64,000 nt of DNA, taken from positions 1,158,286-1,222,285 of the forward strand of contig CAVXLD010000001.1 in NCBI GenBank assembly GCA_963762565.1, given 5' to 3'. The position numbers and the translations under genes were made by a program. Below the pieces are notes generated by a model. The model was not told the DNA's origin. It saw only the letters and a program-made list of their open reading frames with translations, and did no database searches. Position 1 is the first letter of the stretch; each line of letters opens with the position of its first letter. The DNA comes from an uncultured Verrucomicrobiae bacterium (lineage in GTDB: Bacteria > Verrucomicrobiota > Verrucomicrobiia > Chthoniobacterales > JAFAMB01). Positions 37,573 to 46,641 of this stretch are shown piece by piece.

Positions 37573-37896
37573 ATGCGAGACCTGATCGCTCACGATCATT
37601 TGCCGTCCGCTTTTCTCGTCTACCTTTTTCTTCGGGGTCGTGCGACCGTCCCAAAGACGAATCAGCAAATGCATCGTCGAAGGATGCGTCCGGTAACCAT
37701 CAGCGTGCGCGAACTAGCGACGCAGACAGGCTTGGCTAAGAGTGTTGTCCAGACCGCGTTGATCGCGCTCCGCAGACGACAATTGATTCGATTGATTGCT
37801 CCGGACAAAACCGAGCGGCGAACGATCGCTGCTTCTTATGAGGTGTTACGTCCCTGGCGAAGAACAAATCGACGATCCCAGGCGATTTCAAACTAG
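37573..37896 (+). CDS. Small winged-helix/HTH-like protein
   Basis: ISVRELATQTGLAKSVVQTALIALRRRQLI resembles a wHTH recognition region. Confidence 0.4.
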   Translation: MRDLIAHDHLPSAFLVYLFLRGRATVPKTNQQMHRRRMRPVTISVRELATQTGLAKSVVQTALIALRRRQLIRLIAPDKTERRTIAASYEVLRPWRRTNRRSQAISN

Positions 37897-37942
37897 CTAG
37901 AATCTAAATTCGTAACCACGTTTAACTGGAAAAAACCTTACC

Positions 37943-38806
37943 ATGCCCAAGCTGCCATCCCCTCTGATTGACATCCTTTCGGCGGAATCGTTCGCGGCCG
38001 AACATCTTCCGGGTAGCGTCAACATCTGTGTCTATGAGACTGCGTTCATCGATAAGATTCGCGCAGCGTTTCCGGATACCAGCAGTGAGCTCACTGTGTA
38101 CGGCTTAAATGATTCTACGTTGGAAGCCAGGGTCGCGTTAACAAAACTCGCAGATGCTGGGTACAGCCGAGTTCAGGCATTACCGGGTGGCTTGGAAGGC
38201 TGGAAGGCAAGCGGCGGAGACATCGTGCGAGGCGTAGCGACGGCGTTACCATCGGGCCGCTTCGAGGTCGATCAAATAGCCAGCCTGGTCGAATGGATGG
38301 GGCGAAATCTTTTTAACCGGCACCTCGGCACCGCAGAACTCGGCCCCGGATACGTGCTGATCCAGAACGGTAGGCTGGCCGGCGGGCACCTTACTATTGA
38401 CATGACGAGCCTCAGTTGCACGGACATGCCAGACCCCGGGCTTTGCGAACGGTTGATCGCGCATCTGGAGAGTGACGACTTCTTTGCCGTCGGAGAATAT
38501 CCGCAAGCTGAGTTCGAGATCAGAGAGGCCGACTATCGATCGGGCGCCAGACCCGATGAACCGAACTATCAGATCAAAGGAGATTTTACCTTACGGGGAG
38601 TAACCCGACCGATCGAATTCGCAGCGGTGGTCGCGAGAAAAGCCGATGGTTCGTTCACCGCGCAAGCGTTACTGGACTTGGATCGAACCTTGTGGGGCGC
38701 TGACTACGGTTCGGCCAAGTTTTTTGGAGGGCTAGGCATGCACGTCGTTAACGATGACTTCCATCTCCAGTTGAAGGTCGTTACGAAAGATAAGGCGACG
38801 GAATGA
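37943..38806 (+). CDS. Rhodanese-like domain fused to YceI-like domain
   Basis: N-terminus EHLPGSVNI..LPGGLEGWKASG (rhodanese-like). C-terminus LESDDFFAVGEYPQAEFE...IKGDFTLRGVTRPIEF (YceI). Confidence 0.65.
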   Translation: MPKLPSPLIDILSAESFAAEHLPGSVNICVYETAFIDKIRAAFPDTSSELTVYGLNDSTLEARVALTKLADAGYSRVQALPGGLEGWKASGGDIVRGVATALPSGRFEVDQIASLVEWMGRNLFNRHLGTAELGPGYVLIQNGRLAGGHLTIDMTSLSCTDMPDPGLCERLIAHLESDDFFAVGEYPQAEFEIREADYRSGARPDEPNYQIKGDFTLRGVTRPIEFAAVVARKADGSFTAQALLDLDRTLWGADYGSAKFFGGLGMHVVNDDFHLQLKVVTKDKATE

Positions 38807-38858
38807 GTTTCCGTGCGGCCTACGAGAAGTTTCGTTTTCGGATCGAGTTTGGGCCCAT

Positions 38859-38984
38859 CGCCGGGAGGGTGTGCGTCCCCGCGCGCCGCGAGAACCTGCT
38901 ACAACCCAAAGTGTATTTTCGTCGGGGTCACAACCCACCCTCGACTTCGGTAACAGCGGATCGCGAGGACGCGATCCCTCCCGC
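38859..38984. repeat. GC-rich MITE-like element filling a convergent intergenic spacer
   Basis: CGCCGGGAGGGTGTGCGTCCCCGCGCGCCGCGAG ... CGGTAACAGCGGATCGCGAGGACGCGATCCCTCCCGC. Same family as 55027-55160. Confidence 0.7.
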
Positions 38985-38985
38985 A

Positions 38986-39606
38986 TCAAACCAACGTCTT
39001 CAAAAACTCGCTGACTTTCTGCTTCGCACCACTCAAGACTGATTCACCATCGCAGAACAATAGGACATCGAAATCATAGTCGAGGATTTTTGGTAGCGAC
39101 GATTTGAGCATTTTGGAATCATCCAGTTTCTCTTCTGGAATCAGTCCCAAAGCTCCCGGCGGGTTACCGATGATGGCATCTCCTAGGATCAGGATACCGG
39201 CTTTGTCTCGGGCCGCAGCGTGATAAGCCGGACCGAGATACAGCCCAATCTCGCCGGGTGATTTACCCGGCAAATGGATAACGCGCAGCGCCTCACGGAT
39301 CAGATCTCCTTCCTGAACGGCTTCATCAATCGGGAGCGAAACAAATTGAGGCAGCTCCTCCTTTCCGGCGATGATGCGAGCTCCGTAGCGGGTCCGGAAC
39401 AGCGGCGCGTCGCGGACATGATCGCGGTTGGTGAGAACAACCGTCGAAATCGGTGTCGGTAGGTTCTGCCAGCCGGCATCCTCCGGAGCTGGAGGATCAA
39501 TCAGGACGACGCCTCCCGGCAGAACGATCGCATAACCGTTCAGATCCCATGGTCTGTCGGCATAAGTCGAACCCCAGGTGAAAATGCCGGGAAGAATCTC
39601 GCGCAT
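38986..39606 (-). CDS. MBL-fold hydrolase-like protein (degenerate metal motif)
   Basis: MBL-like layout, but it has LTNRDH where HxHxDH is expected. ATG at 39606. Confidence 0.5.
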   Translation of the reverse strand: MREILPGIFTWGSTYADRPWDLNGYAIVLPGGVVLIDPPAPEDAGWQNLPTPISTVVLTNRDHVRDAPLFRTRYGARIIAGKEELPQFVSLPIDEAVQEGDLIREALRVIHLPGKSPGEIGLYLGPAYHAAARDKAGILILGDAIIGNPPGALGLIPEEKLDDSKMLKSSLPKILDYDFDVLLFCDGESVLSGAKQKVSEFLKTLV

Positions 39607-39675
39607 GTTCGAGAATGCATGATGATGAGCGACGAAGCCAGCCGGAAGGCAGCGCTCCACGGCTAGCAGACAATT

Positions 39676-39990
39676 TTAGGCCTCCGCAGCGCCGAGTTTG
39701 GTAGCCTCAGGAACCTCGATCAGTTTCCCTGTCCTTACATCATAAACGAACCCGTAGATCGGGATTCGGCCAGGAACCAGAGGATGATTCCGAATACGGC
39801 GAACATCGGTTATGACTGCCGAAGCCGGATCCTTAAAAGTCAACCAATCGAAAAATTCGCCATCCTCGGATCCAGGTCCGGCCCCAACATCACGCCACCC
39901 GTTTTGATCCACAACTGCGGTCTCCAGACTGTTAGCCAGGAGGTCTCGGATTATGGCATCGGTAAAGAGCCCCATTCCGCAGGTTCGCTT
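39676..39990 (-). pseudogene. Beta-class carbonic anhydrase, C-terminal half only (5' end truncated)
   Basis: [15 protein letters not shown]...[35 protein letters not shown] matches the C-terminal half of Rv1284-type beta-CAs. Homology stops at the duplication boundary, 39991. Confidence 0.65.
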
Positions 39991-40026
39991 GCTACTCAAT
40001 TTTACCCCTTTTATCCCTGATCCGCT

Positions 40027-40522
40027 ATGTCCGCTCCTTCTCCCCGCTGGCATCTAGCTCAAATTAATATCGGCCGAATCCGCCCCCATGACCGATTCGC
40101 TTATGTCGGGGTTTGTGGCCGAGCTTGACCCCGTCAATGCTTTGGCCGATACCAGCCCCGGTTTCGTCTGGCGACTTCAGACCGACGCCGGAGATGCTAC
40201 CGGCATTCGCCCGTACGATGACGAAACCATCCTCATCAATATGTCGGTGTGGGAAAGCGTCGAAGCTCTCAAAGCCTTTGTTTATCGGACACATCACGCC
40301 GATGTCATGCGCCAACGAGAGAAATGGTTCGAACACCTCGACACCTATTTCATCGCCCTCTGGTGGATACCGGCGGGGACTATTCCGACGGTTTTAGAAG
40401 CCAAGGTCCGGCTCGATCATCTCCGCGAAAACGGCGAATCTCCCTACGCTTTCTCTTTCAAGAGAGTCTATCCGCCGTCGTCACCTGTCACGGTTTTAGA
40501 CAATGCGGCTGATTCTGTATAA
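40027..40522 (+). CDS. DUF3291 protein (copy 1); N-terminal 20 codons in another frame
   Basis: [27 protein letters not shown]...[15 protein letters not shown]. The family N-terminus [12 protein letters not shown] is encoded from ATG 40027 but is out of frame at the C-run 40083-40087. Confidence 0.7.
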
Positions 40523-40563
40523 ACCGTTGGCGCACTTCGCCTTTCTCTCTACAGATAAGCATT

Positions 40564-41505
40564 ATGCCATTGCCAACCGATGAGAAACTGCTGGCTCTAA
40601 GCCAGGATCTGCTCAAGCAATTCGATACCATCTTCGGTTTACATCCAGGTTTTCGCGCGGCGCACGCTCGCGGGACCATGCTCACCGGTACTTTTACGCC
40701 TGCTCCTGACGCTGCATCCCTTACCAGAGCTCCCCATATCACCCGCGAATCGACTCCGGTTACCGCACGATTCTCTAGCTCAACCGGCATTCCGCTGTTG
40801 CCGGACAACGATCCGAATGCCAACCCGCGGGGGTTAGCCATTCGGTTTCATCTCGGCGAGCATGTGCACACGGACATTGTGAGCCATTCGATCGATGCCT
40901 TCCCCGCGAGGAACGCGCAGGAATTTCTAGAATTCTTGCGGGCGGTTGCAGCCAGCGGACCCGACGTTCCGTCACCGAAACCGGTTGAGATATTCTTGGG
41001 TTCACATCCGGCAGCGCTCGCTTTTGTACAAGCTCCGAAGCCGAGTCCGGCCAGTTTCGCCAAAGAAAACTTCTACGGAGTGACGGCGATGCGCTTCATC
41101 AACAAAGAGGGCGCCAGCCGTTACGGTCGATACCGGATTCTACCTGACGCCGGCGTCGAACATCTCGATCCGGAAATTACAAAGGACAAAGGGCCAGATT
41201 TCCTTTTCGATGAGTTAAGCGAACGGATCGCCGCGGCGCCGATTAGTTTTCAAATCTTTGCTCAGCTCGCGAACGAAGGTGACGAGGTCAACGACGTCGC
41301 CGTGCATTGGCCCGAAGATCGACCTTTAGCGCGGCTCGGCCAGATCGTTTTAACTGCACCGGCCGAAAATGACGCCCAAGAGCAGAAGAAAATTATCTTC
41401 GATCCAATCCCGCGAGTCGACGGGATCGAGCCATCGGATGATCCACTGTTGGAGGTACGTGCCGCGGTTTATCTGCTGAGCGGACGGCGACGACGCCAAG
41501 CGTAA
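40564..41505 (+). CDS. Small catalase-related (catalase family) haem peroxidase (copy 1)
   Basis: FRAAHARGTMLTGTFTP...TPVTARFSSSTGIP...DPNANPRGLAIRF core motifs in a protein of about 313 aa. Confidence 0.75.
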   Translation: MPLPTDEKLLALSQDLLKQFDTIFGLHPGFRAAHARGTMLTGTFTPAPDAASLTRAPHITRESTPVTARFSSSTGIPLLPDNDPNANPRGLAIRFHLGEHVHTDIVSHSIDAFPARNAQEFLEFLRAVAASGPDVPSPKPVEIFLGSHPAALAFVQAPKPSPASFAKENFYGVTAMRFINKEGASRYGRYRILPDAGVEHLDPEITKDKGPDFLFDELSERIAAAPISFQIFAQLANEGDEVNDVAVHWPEDRPLARLGQIVLTAPAENDAQEQKKIIFDPIPRVDGIEPSDDPLLEVRAAVYLLSGRRRRQA

Positions 41506-41513
41506 AAAGGATT

Positions 41514-41755
41514 CACCACAAAGACACGAAGAACACAAAGACAATCCCAACCGCAGATGAACGCAGATTTGGAAGGGCCGTGCCACGCGCTCAGCGAAAG
41601 ATGGCGCCACGATGCACACGAAGCATTCGACGCAGCTTTGGCCGGTCTTTAGGTGGTTTGACCAATTCGTGTGCACAACGTGGCTTTTTTATCTGCGTTA
41701 ATCCGTGTTCATCTGCGGTTGGCCTTTCGTTCGTGTTCTTTGCTCCTTTGTGGTG
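41514..41755. repeat. 242-bp nested word-hairpin (copy 1)
   Basis: Outer arms CACCACAAAGACACGAAGAACACAAAG..AACCGCAGATGAACGCAGATTT / TTATCTGCGTTAATCCGTGTTCATCTGCGGTT..CGTTCGTGTTCTTTGCTCCTTTGTGGTG. Inner perfect 10-bp stem TGCACACGAA/TTCGTGTGCA. Confidence 0.8.
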
Positions 41756-41768
41756 AGTGCACTGCGGA

Positions 41769-42500
41769 TTACTCCCGGCGGGCCTCGAAGTAGGTGTTAC
41801 AGATTTCGAGGATGATGGTATTGGGTCCTTCGACCAAAACGGTTTCACCCGGCACCGCCTCACTGCCGTTCAGGGATAGTTCGGCGATCTTCACATTCGG
41901 GTGATTAATGGTGATCTGCTTAACTGCAGATGCCGCGATCCCGAGCTGGTTAAAGTCCACGTGCGATCTGCTACCGGAATCGCCCTGAGCAAACTCTTGT
42001 GCGCCGAGCATGTTCGTTGAGCTCCCCGAGCTTGGTACATTGGTCGTTTTCCAACGGAAACTGTCGGCGCGATATTCTATCTCGGTGCCTACCAGGGTTT
42101 GCGCCTGTTTGCTGTCCAGGCACGTGACCGTATCGGCAGGCAATACTTTATGGACGATCCATTTCCCAAGCAGCTCCGGAGGGATTTTACCGACGGGCGT
42201 GGTATTCGATCCTGCTTGGGCAACTAACTGTTCAAGAAAATCGGCTCGCGCTTTTGTGGCCTGAGCTAAACAGGCAGCATCTTTGCCACATTTTTGATCT
42301 CGTTGCTTGAGCCAGTCCAATTCCTGCCTGCGCAACTCCGCCAGTTTAGCTGGGTTACCACGGAGTTGTGCCACTCGCTGTTGGTAGGCCTGATTAAGGC
42401 GGGCGTCTTCCTGACTAAGCCCGGCTTCTTGCGCGGCCGAGATAGTGGCGCAGGCGCCGGCTGCCAATAGGATGATGCCCTTATGTAACCTGCATTTCAT
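41769..42500 (-). CDS. Secreted protein with N-terminal DUF1311 (LprI-like) domain (copy 1)
   Basis: Signal MKCRLHKGIILLAAGACATISA, then LNQAYQQRVAQL...ELRRQELDWLKQRDQKCG. ATG at 42500. Confidence 0.65.
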   Translation of the reverse strand: MKCRLHKGIILLAAGACATISAAQEAGLSQEDARLNQAYQQRVAQLRGNPAKLAELRRQELDWLKQRDQKCGKDAACLAQATKARADFLEQLVAQAGSNTTPVGKIPPELLGKWIVHKVLPADTVTCLDSKQAQTLVGTEIEYRADSFRWKTTNVPSSGSSTNMLGAQEFAQGDSGSRSHVDFNQLGIAASAVKQITINHPNVKIAELSLNGSEAVPGETVLVEGPNTIILEICNTYFEARRE

Positions 42501-42503
42501 TTT

Positions 42504-42551
42504 CCACGGTTCCGACCGAGTCGGCCTCGCAAGCGAGGCAGCGCTCCACGG
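42504..42551. repeat. Solo copy of the GGCCTCGCAAGCGAGGC hairpin motif in the 57-bp spacer between two co-oriented genes
   Basis: CCACGGTTCCGACCGAGTCGGCCTCGCAAGCGAGGCAGCGCTCCACGG. Repeated at 45776-45823. Confidence 0.75.
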
Positions 42552-42556
42552 TTTTG

Positions 42557-43216
42557 CTAGCTGGGGAGAGCGAAACAAACGATCTCGTTTACCGCTCGAT
42601 GGTTTGACCAAAAGTTCGATCCGTCAAAAGCCAATGAACGGCATGGGAACGGCACCTTGGCTAAGTCCTCGATGCGGGATGAGCCGGAGGATTGTAAATT
42701 CAAACGGGCGATGCTCCAATCTTCGTTCCCCTGCTCCGTTCCACGCAGAACGTAAATCGCTCCCCCGAAATAGGTGTGCCCGCAAATCTCAGCGCCAATG
42801 TCGTACGTCTCCAGGATACTTCCGCTAGGATCGAGTTTCAGAATACGATGCTTATACCATTGGCTAAGATAGACGTGGCTGCCGTCGTAGCTCAGGTAGG
42901 ATCCGGTAAACTCCGGACAAGCAACCCGATCGGTTTCGGAGAATCCACTATCGGAAGAATAACGTCGCAGATACCGATCGTCCGCGGCTCCTTCTCCGAT
43001 ATTGAAACAGAGCGCTTCACCGGTTGAGACAGCCGCCGATGGTATTCCTGGCGCTTCGGTTTCTTTGAATACGCGCAGACTTTCCGGCTCAATCCCGTAA
43101 ATACGCCGTAAGTCACGCGAGCCCATCCATAAGGCATCGTTGTGCCAAGCTAACGCTTGAGGTGTCACGGCAGGGGAAGCGACGCGCCTGCGTTCTTTAA
43201 TTGCTGGTAGCGACAT
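42557..43216 (-). CDS. Hypothetical beta-propeller-like protein, glutamine-cyclotransferase-like pattern (copy 1)
   Basis: LAWHNDALWMGS, SYLSYDGSHVYLSQWYKHRILKLDPSG, GAIYVLRG. Weak motif-level call. Confidence 0.4.
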   Translation of the reverse strand: MSLPAIKERRRVASPAVTPQALAWHNDALWMGSRDLRRIYGIEPESLRVFKETEAPGIPSAAVSTGEALCFNIGEGAADDRYLRRYSSDSGFSETDRVACPEFTGSYLSYDGSHVYLSQWYKHRILKLDPSGSILETYDIGAEICGHTYFGGAIYVLRGTEQGNEDWSIARLNLQSSGSSRIEDLAKVPFPCRSLAFDGSNFWSNHRAVNEIVCFALPS

Positions 43217-43296
43217 GGGGGGTTCGGGTTGCGGGTTAGGAGTCACAGGTTTCGACTTACGCTACTCAATTTTACCCCTTTTATCCCTGATCCGCT

Positions 43297-43783
43297 ATGT
43301 CCGCTCCTTCTCCCCGCTGGCATCTAGCTCAAATTAATATCGGCCGAATCCGCCCCCATGACCGATTCGCTTATGTCGGGCTTTGTGGCCGAGCTTGATC
43401 CCGTCAATGCTTTGGCCGATACCAGCCCCGGTTTCGTTTGGCGACTTCAGACCGACGCCGGAGATGCTACCGGCATTCGCCCGTACGATGACGAAACCAT
43501 CCTCATCAATATGTCGGTGTGGGAAAGCGTCGAAGCTCTCAAAGCCTTTGTTTATCGGACACATCACGCCGATGTCATGCGCCAACGAGAGAAATGGTTC
43601 GAACACCTCGACACCTATTTCATCGCCCTCTGGTGGATACCGGCGGGGACTATTCCGACGGTTTTAGAAGCCAAGGTCCGGCTCGATCATCTCCGCGAAA
43701 ACGGCGAATCTCCCTACGCTTTCTCTTTCAAGAGAGTCTATCCGCCTTCGTCACCTATCACGGTTTTAGACAATCGCGGCTGA
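43297..43783 (+). CDS. DUF3291 protein (copy 2); same N-terminal frame break, different C-terminus
   Basis: Same as copy 1, except a 1-bp insertion (CAATCGCGG vs CAATGCGG) gives ...VLDNRG* instead of ...VLDNAADSV*. Confidence 0.7.
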
Positions 43784-43834
43784 TTCTGTATAAACCGTTG
43801 GCGCACTTCGCCTTTCTCTCTACAGATAAGCATT

Positions 43835-44749
43835 ATGCCATTGCCAACCGATGAGAAACTGCTGGCTCTAAGCCAGGATCTGCTCAAGCAATTCGATACC
43901 ATCTTCGGTTTACATCCAGGTTTTCGCGCGGCGCACGCTCGCGGGACCATGCTCACCGGTACTTTTACGCCTGCTCCTGACGCTGCATCCCTGACCAGAG
44001 CTCCCCATATCACCCGCGAATCGACTCCGGTTACCGCACGATTCTCTAGCTCAACCGGCATTCCGCTGTTGCCGGACAACGATCCGAATGCCAACCCGCG
44101 GGGGTTAGCCATCCGGTTTCATCTCGGCGAGCATGTGCACACGGACATTGTGAGCCATTCGATCGATGCCTTCCCTGCGAGGAACGCGCAGGAATTTCTA
44201 GAATTTTTGCGGGCGGTTGCAGCCAGCGGACCCGACGTTCCGTCACCGAAACCGGTTGAGATATTCTTGGGTTCACATCCGGCAGCGCTCGCTTTTGTAC
44301 AAGCTCCGAAGCCGAGTCCGGCCAGTTTCGCCAAAGAAAACTTCTACGGAGTGACGGCGATGCGCTTCATCAACAAAGAGGGCGCCAGCCGTTACGGTCG
44401 ATACCGGATTCTACCTGACGCCGGCGTCGAACATCTCGATCCGGAGATTACAAAGGACAAAGGGCCAGATTTCCTTTTCGATGAGTTAAGCGAACGGATC
44501 GCCGCGGGGCCGATTAGTTTTCAAATCTTTGCTCAGCTCGCGAACGAAGGTGACGAGGTCAACGACGTCACCGTGCATTGGCCCGAAGATCGACCTTTAG
44601 CGCGGCTCGGCCAGATCGTTTTAACTGCACCGGCCGAAAATGACGCCCAAGAGCAGAAGAAAATTATCTTCGATCCAATCCCGCGAGTCGACGGGATCGA
44701 GCCATCGGATGATCCATGTTGGAGGTACGTGCCGCGGTTTATCTGCTGA
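43835..44749 (+). CDS. Catalase-related peroxidase (copy 2), C-terminal frameshift
   Basis: A 1-bp deletion at 44716/44717 (GATCCATGTT vs GATCCACTGTT) changes the last 22 aa to 13 unrelated aa. Also A->G and A->T substitutions. Confidence 0.7.
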   Translation: MPLPTDEKLLALSQDLLKQFDTIFGLHPGFRAAHARGTMLTGTFTPAPDAASLTRAPHITRESTPVTARFSSSTGIPLLPDNDPNANPRGLAIRFHLGEHVHTDIVSHSIDAFPARNAQEFLEFLRAVAASGPDVPSPKPVEIFLGSHPAALAFVQAPKPSPASFAKENFYGVTAMRFINKEGASRYGRYRILPDAGVEHLDPEITKDKGPDFLFDELSERIAAGPISFQIFAQLANEGDEVNDVTVHWPEDRPLARLGQIVLTAPAENDAQEQKKIIFDPIPRVDGIEPSDDPCWRYVPRFIC

Positions 44750-44783
44750 GCGGACGGCGACGACGCCAAGCGTAAAAAGGATT

Positions 44784-45027
44784 CACCACAAAGACACGAA
44801 GAACACAAAGACAATCCCAACCGCAGATGAACGCAGATTTAGAAGGGACCGTGCCACGCGCTCAGCGAAAGATGGCGCCACGAATGCACACGAAGCATTC
44901 GACGCAGCTTTGGCCGGTCTTTAGGTGGTTTGACCAATTCGTGTGCACAACGTGGCTTTTTTATCTGCGTTAATCCGTGTTCATCTGCGGTTGGCCTTTC
45001 GTTCGTGTTCTTTGCGCCTTTGTGGTG
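44784..45027. repeat. Nested word-hairpin (copy 2)
   Basis: As 41514-41755, with 4 small differences. Confidence 0.8.
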
Positions 45028-45040
45028 AGTGCACTGCGGA

Positions 45041-45772
45041 TTACTCCCGGCGGGCCTCGAAGTAGGTGTTACAGATTTCGAGGATGATGGTATTGGGTCC
45101 TTCGACCAAAACGGTTTCACCCGGCACCGCCTCACTGCCGTTCAGGGATAGTTCGGCGATCTTCACATTCGGGTGATTAATGGTGATCTGCTTAACTGCA
45201 GATGCCGCGATCCCGAGCTGGTTAAAGTCCACGTGCGATCTGCTACCGGAATCGCCCTGAGCAAACTCTTGTGCGCCGAGCATGTTCGTTGAGCTCCCCG
45301 AGCTTGGTACATTGGTCGTTTTCCAACGGAAACTGTCGGCGCGATATTCTATCTCGGTGCCTACCAGGGTTTGCGCCTGTTTGCTGTCCAGGCACGTGAC
45401 CGTATCGGCAGGCAATACTTTATGGACGATCCATTTCCCAAGCAGCTCCGGAGGGATTTTACCGACGGGCGTGGTATTCGATCCTGCTTGGGCAACTAAC
45501 TGTTCAAGAAAATCGGCTCGCGCTTTTGTGGCCTGAGCTAAACAGGCAGCATCTTTGCCACATTTTTGATCTCGTTGCTTGAGCCAGTCCAATTCCTGCC
45601 TGCGCAACTCCGCCAGTTTAGCTGGGTTACCACGGAGTTGTGCCACTCGCTGTTGGTAGGCCTGATTAAGGCGGGCGTCTTCCTGACTAAGCCCGGCTTC
45701 TTGCGCGGCCGAGATAGTGGCGCAGGCGCCGGCTGCCAATAGGATGATGCCCTTATGTAACCTGCATTTCAT
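45041..45772 (-). CDS. Secreted DUF1311-domain protein (copy 2)
   Basis: 280-aa ORF identical to copy 1. Confidence 0.65.
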   Translation of the reverse strand: MKCRLHKGIILLAAGACATISAAQEAGLSQEDARLNQAYQQRVAQLRGNPAKLAELRRQELDWLKQRDQKCGKDAACLAQATKARADFLEQLVAQAGSNTTPVGKIPPELLGKWIVHKVLPADTVTCLDSKQAQTLVGTEIEYRADSFRWKTTNVPSSGSSTNMLGAQEFAQGDSGSRSHVDFNQLGIAASAVKQITINHPNVKIAELSLNGSEAVPGETVLVEGPNTIILEICNTYFEARRE

Positions 45773-45828
45773 TTTCCACGGTTCCGACCGAGTCGGCCTC
45801 GCAAGCGAGGCAGCGCTCCACGGTTTTG

Positions 45829-46488
45829 CTAGCTGGGGAGAGCGAAACAAACGATCTCGTTTACCGCTCGATGGTTTGACCAAAAGTTCGATCCGTCAAA
45901 AGCCAATGAACGGCATGGGAACGGCACCTTGGCTAAGTCCTCGATGCGGGATGAGCCGGAGGATTGTAAATTCAAACGGGCGATGCTCCAATCTTCGTTC
46001 CCCTGCTCCGTTCCACGCAGAACGTAAATCGCTCCCCCGAAATAGGTGTGCCCGCAAATCTCAGCGCCAATGTCGTACGTCTCCAGGATACTTCCGCTAG
46101 GATCGAGTTTCAGAATACGATGCTTATACCATTGGCTAAGATAGACGTGGCTGCCGTCGTAGCTCAGGTAGGATCCGGTAAACTCCGGACAAGCAACCCG
46201 ATCGGTTTCGGAGAATCCACTATCGGAAGAATAACGTCGCAGATACCGATCGTCCGCGGCTCCTTCTCCGATATTGAAACAGAGCGCTTCACCGGTTGAG
46301 ACAGCCGCCCATGGTATTCCTGGCGCTTCGGTTTCTTTGAATACGCGCAGACTTTCCGGCTCAATCCCGTAAATACGCCGTAAGTCACGCGAGCCCATCC
46401 ATAAGGCATCGTTGTGCCAAGCTAACGCTTGAGGTGTCACGGCAGGGGAAGCGACGCGCCTGCGTTCTTTAATTGCTGGTAGCGACAT
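45829..46488 (-). CDS. Beta-propeller-like hypothetical protein (copy 2)
   Basis: Identical to copy 1 except S->W (46310 vs 43038). Confidence 0.4.
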   Translation of the reverse strand: MSLPAIKERRRVASPAVTPQALAWHNDALWMGSRDLRRIYGIEPESLRVFKETEAPGIPWAAVSTGEALCFNIGEGAADDRYLRRYSSDSGFSETDRVACPEFTGSYLSYDGSHVYLSQWYKHRILKLDPSGSILETYDIGAEICGHTYFGGAIYVLRGTEQGNEDWSIARLNLQSSGSSRIEDLAKVPFPCRSLAFDGSNFWSNHRAVNEIVCFALPS

Positions 46489-46493
46489 GGGGG

Positions 46494-46640
46494 GTTCGGG
46501 TTGCGGGTTAGGAGTCACGGGTTTCGAGTTACGAGTTATGCGTTGTGGGTTGGAACTTGCAGGTCGGCGAGCGCACCGAATGTCTCGGCTTCGACAACGC
46601 CAACCCGTAACCCGCAACCCGTAACTCGCAACTCCTAACC
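46494..46640. repeat. Word-hairpin of GGGTTAC/GAGTTAC-type heptamers
   Basis: GGTTCGGGTTGCGGGTTAGGAGTCACGGGTTTCGAGTTACGAGTTATGCG.. versus CCAACCCGTAACCCGCAACCCGTAACTCGCAACTCCTAACC. Its left arm is the 3' edge of the duplicated unit. Confidence 0.75.
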
Positions 46641-46641
46641 T

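Larger units (their letters stand above)
39991..43260. repeat. Tandem duplication, copy 1 (3270 bp, four genes)
   Basis: GCTACTCAATTTTACCCC starts both copies (39991 and 43261). The ORF sets are offset by 3270-3272 bp. Confidence 0.95.
43261..46532. repeat. Tandem duplication, copy 2 (3272 bp)
   Basis: About 20 substitutions/indels versus copy 1, aligned by eye. Confidence 0.95.

Noticed and set aside
37287-37574. 95-aa Arg/Ser-rich ORF (SRRCRRSRRRSRRSRRSRR)
   Set aside because: It is a translation of the GATCGCCGG/GAACGCCGG tandem repeats at 37346-37406. There is no independent coding evidence.
39991-46532. The 3.27-kb repeat as a transposon/IS or as an assembly artefact
   Set aside because: There is no transposase and no terminal inverted repeats, and the arrangement is head to tail. 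About 20 copy-specific differences argue against a simple assembly duplication, although spanning reads should still confirm it.
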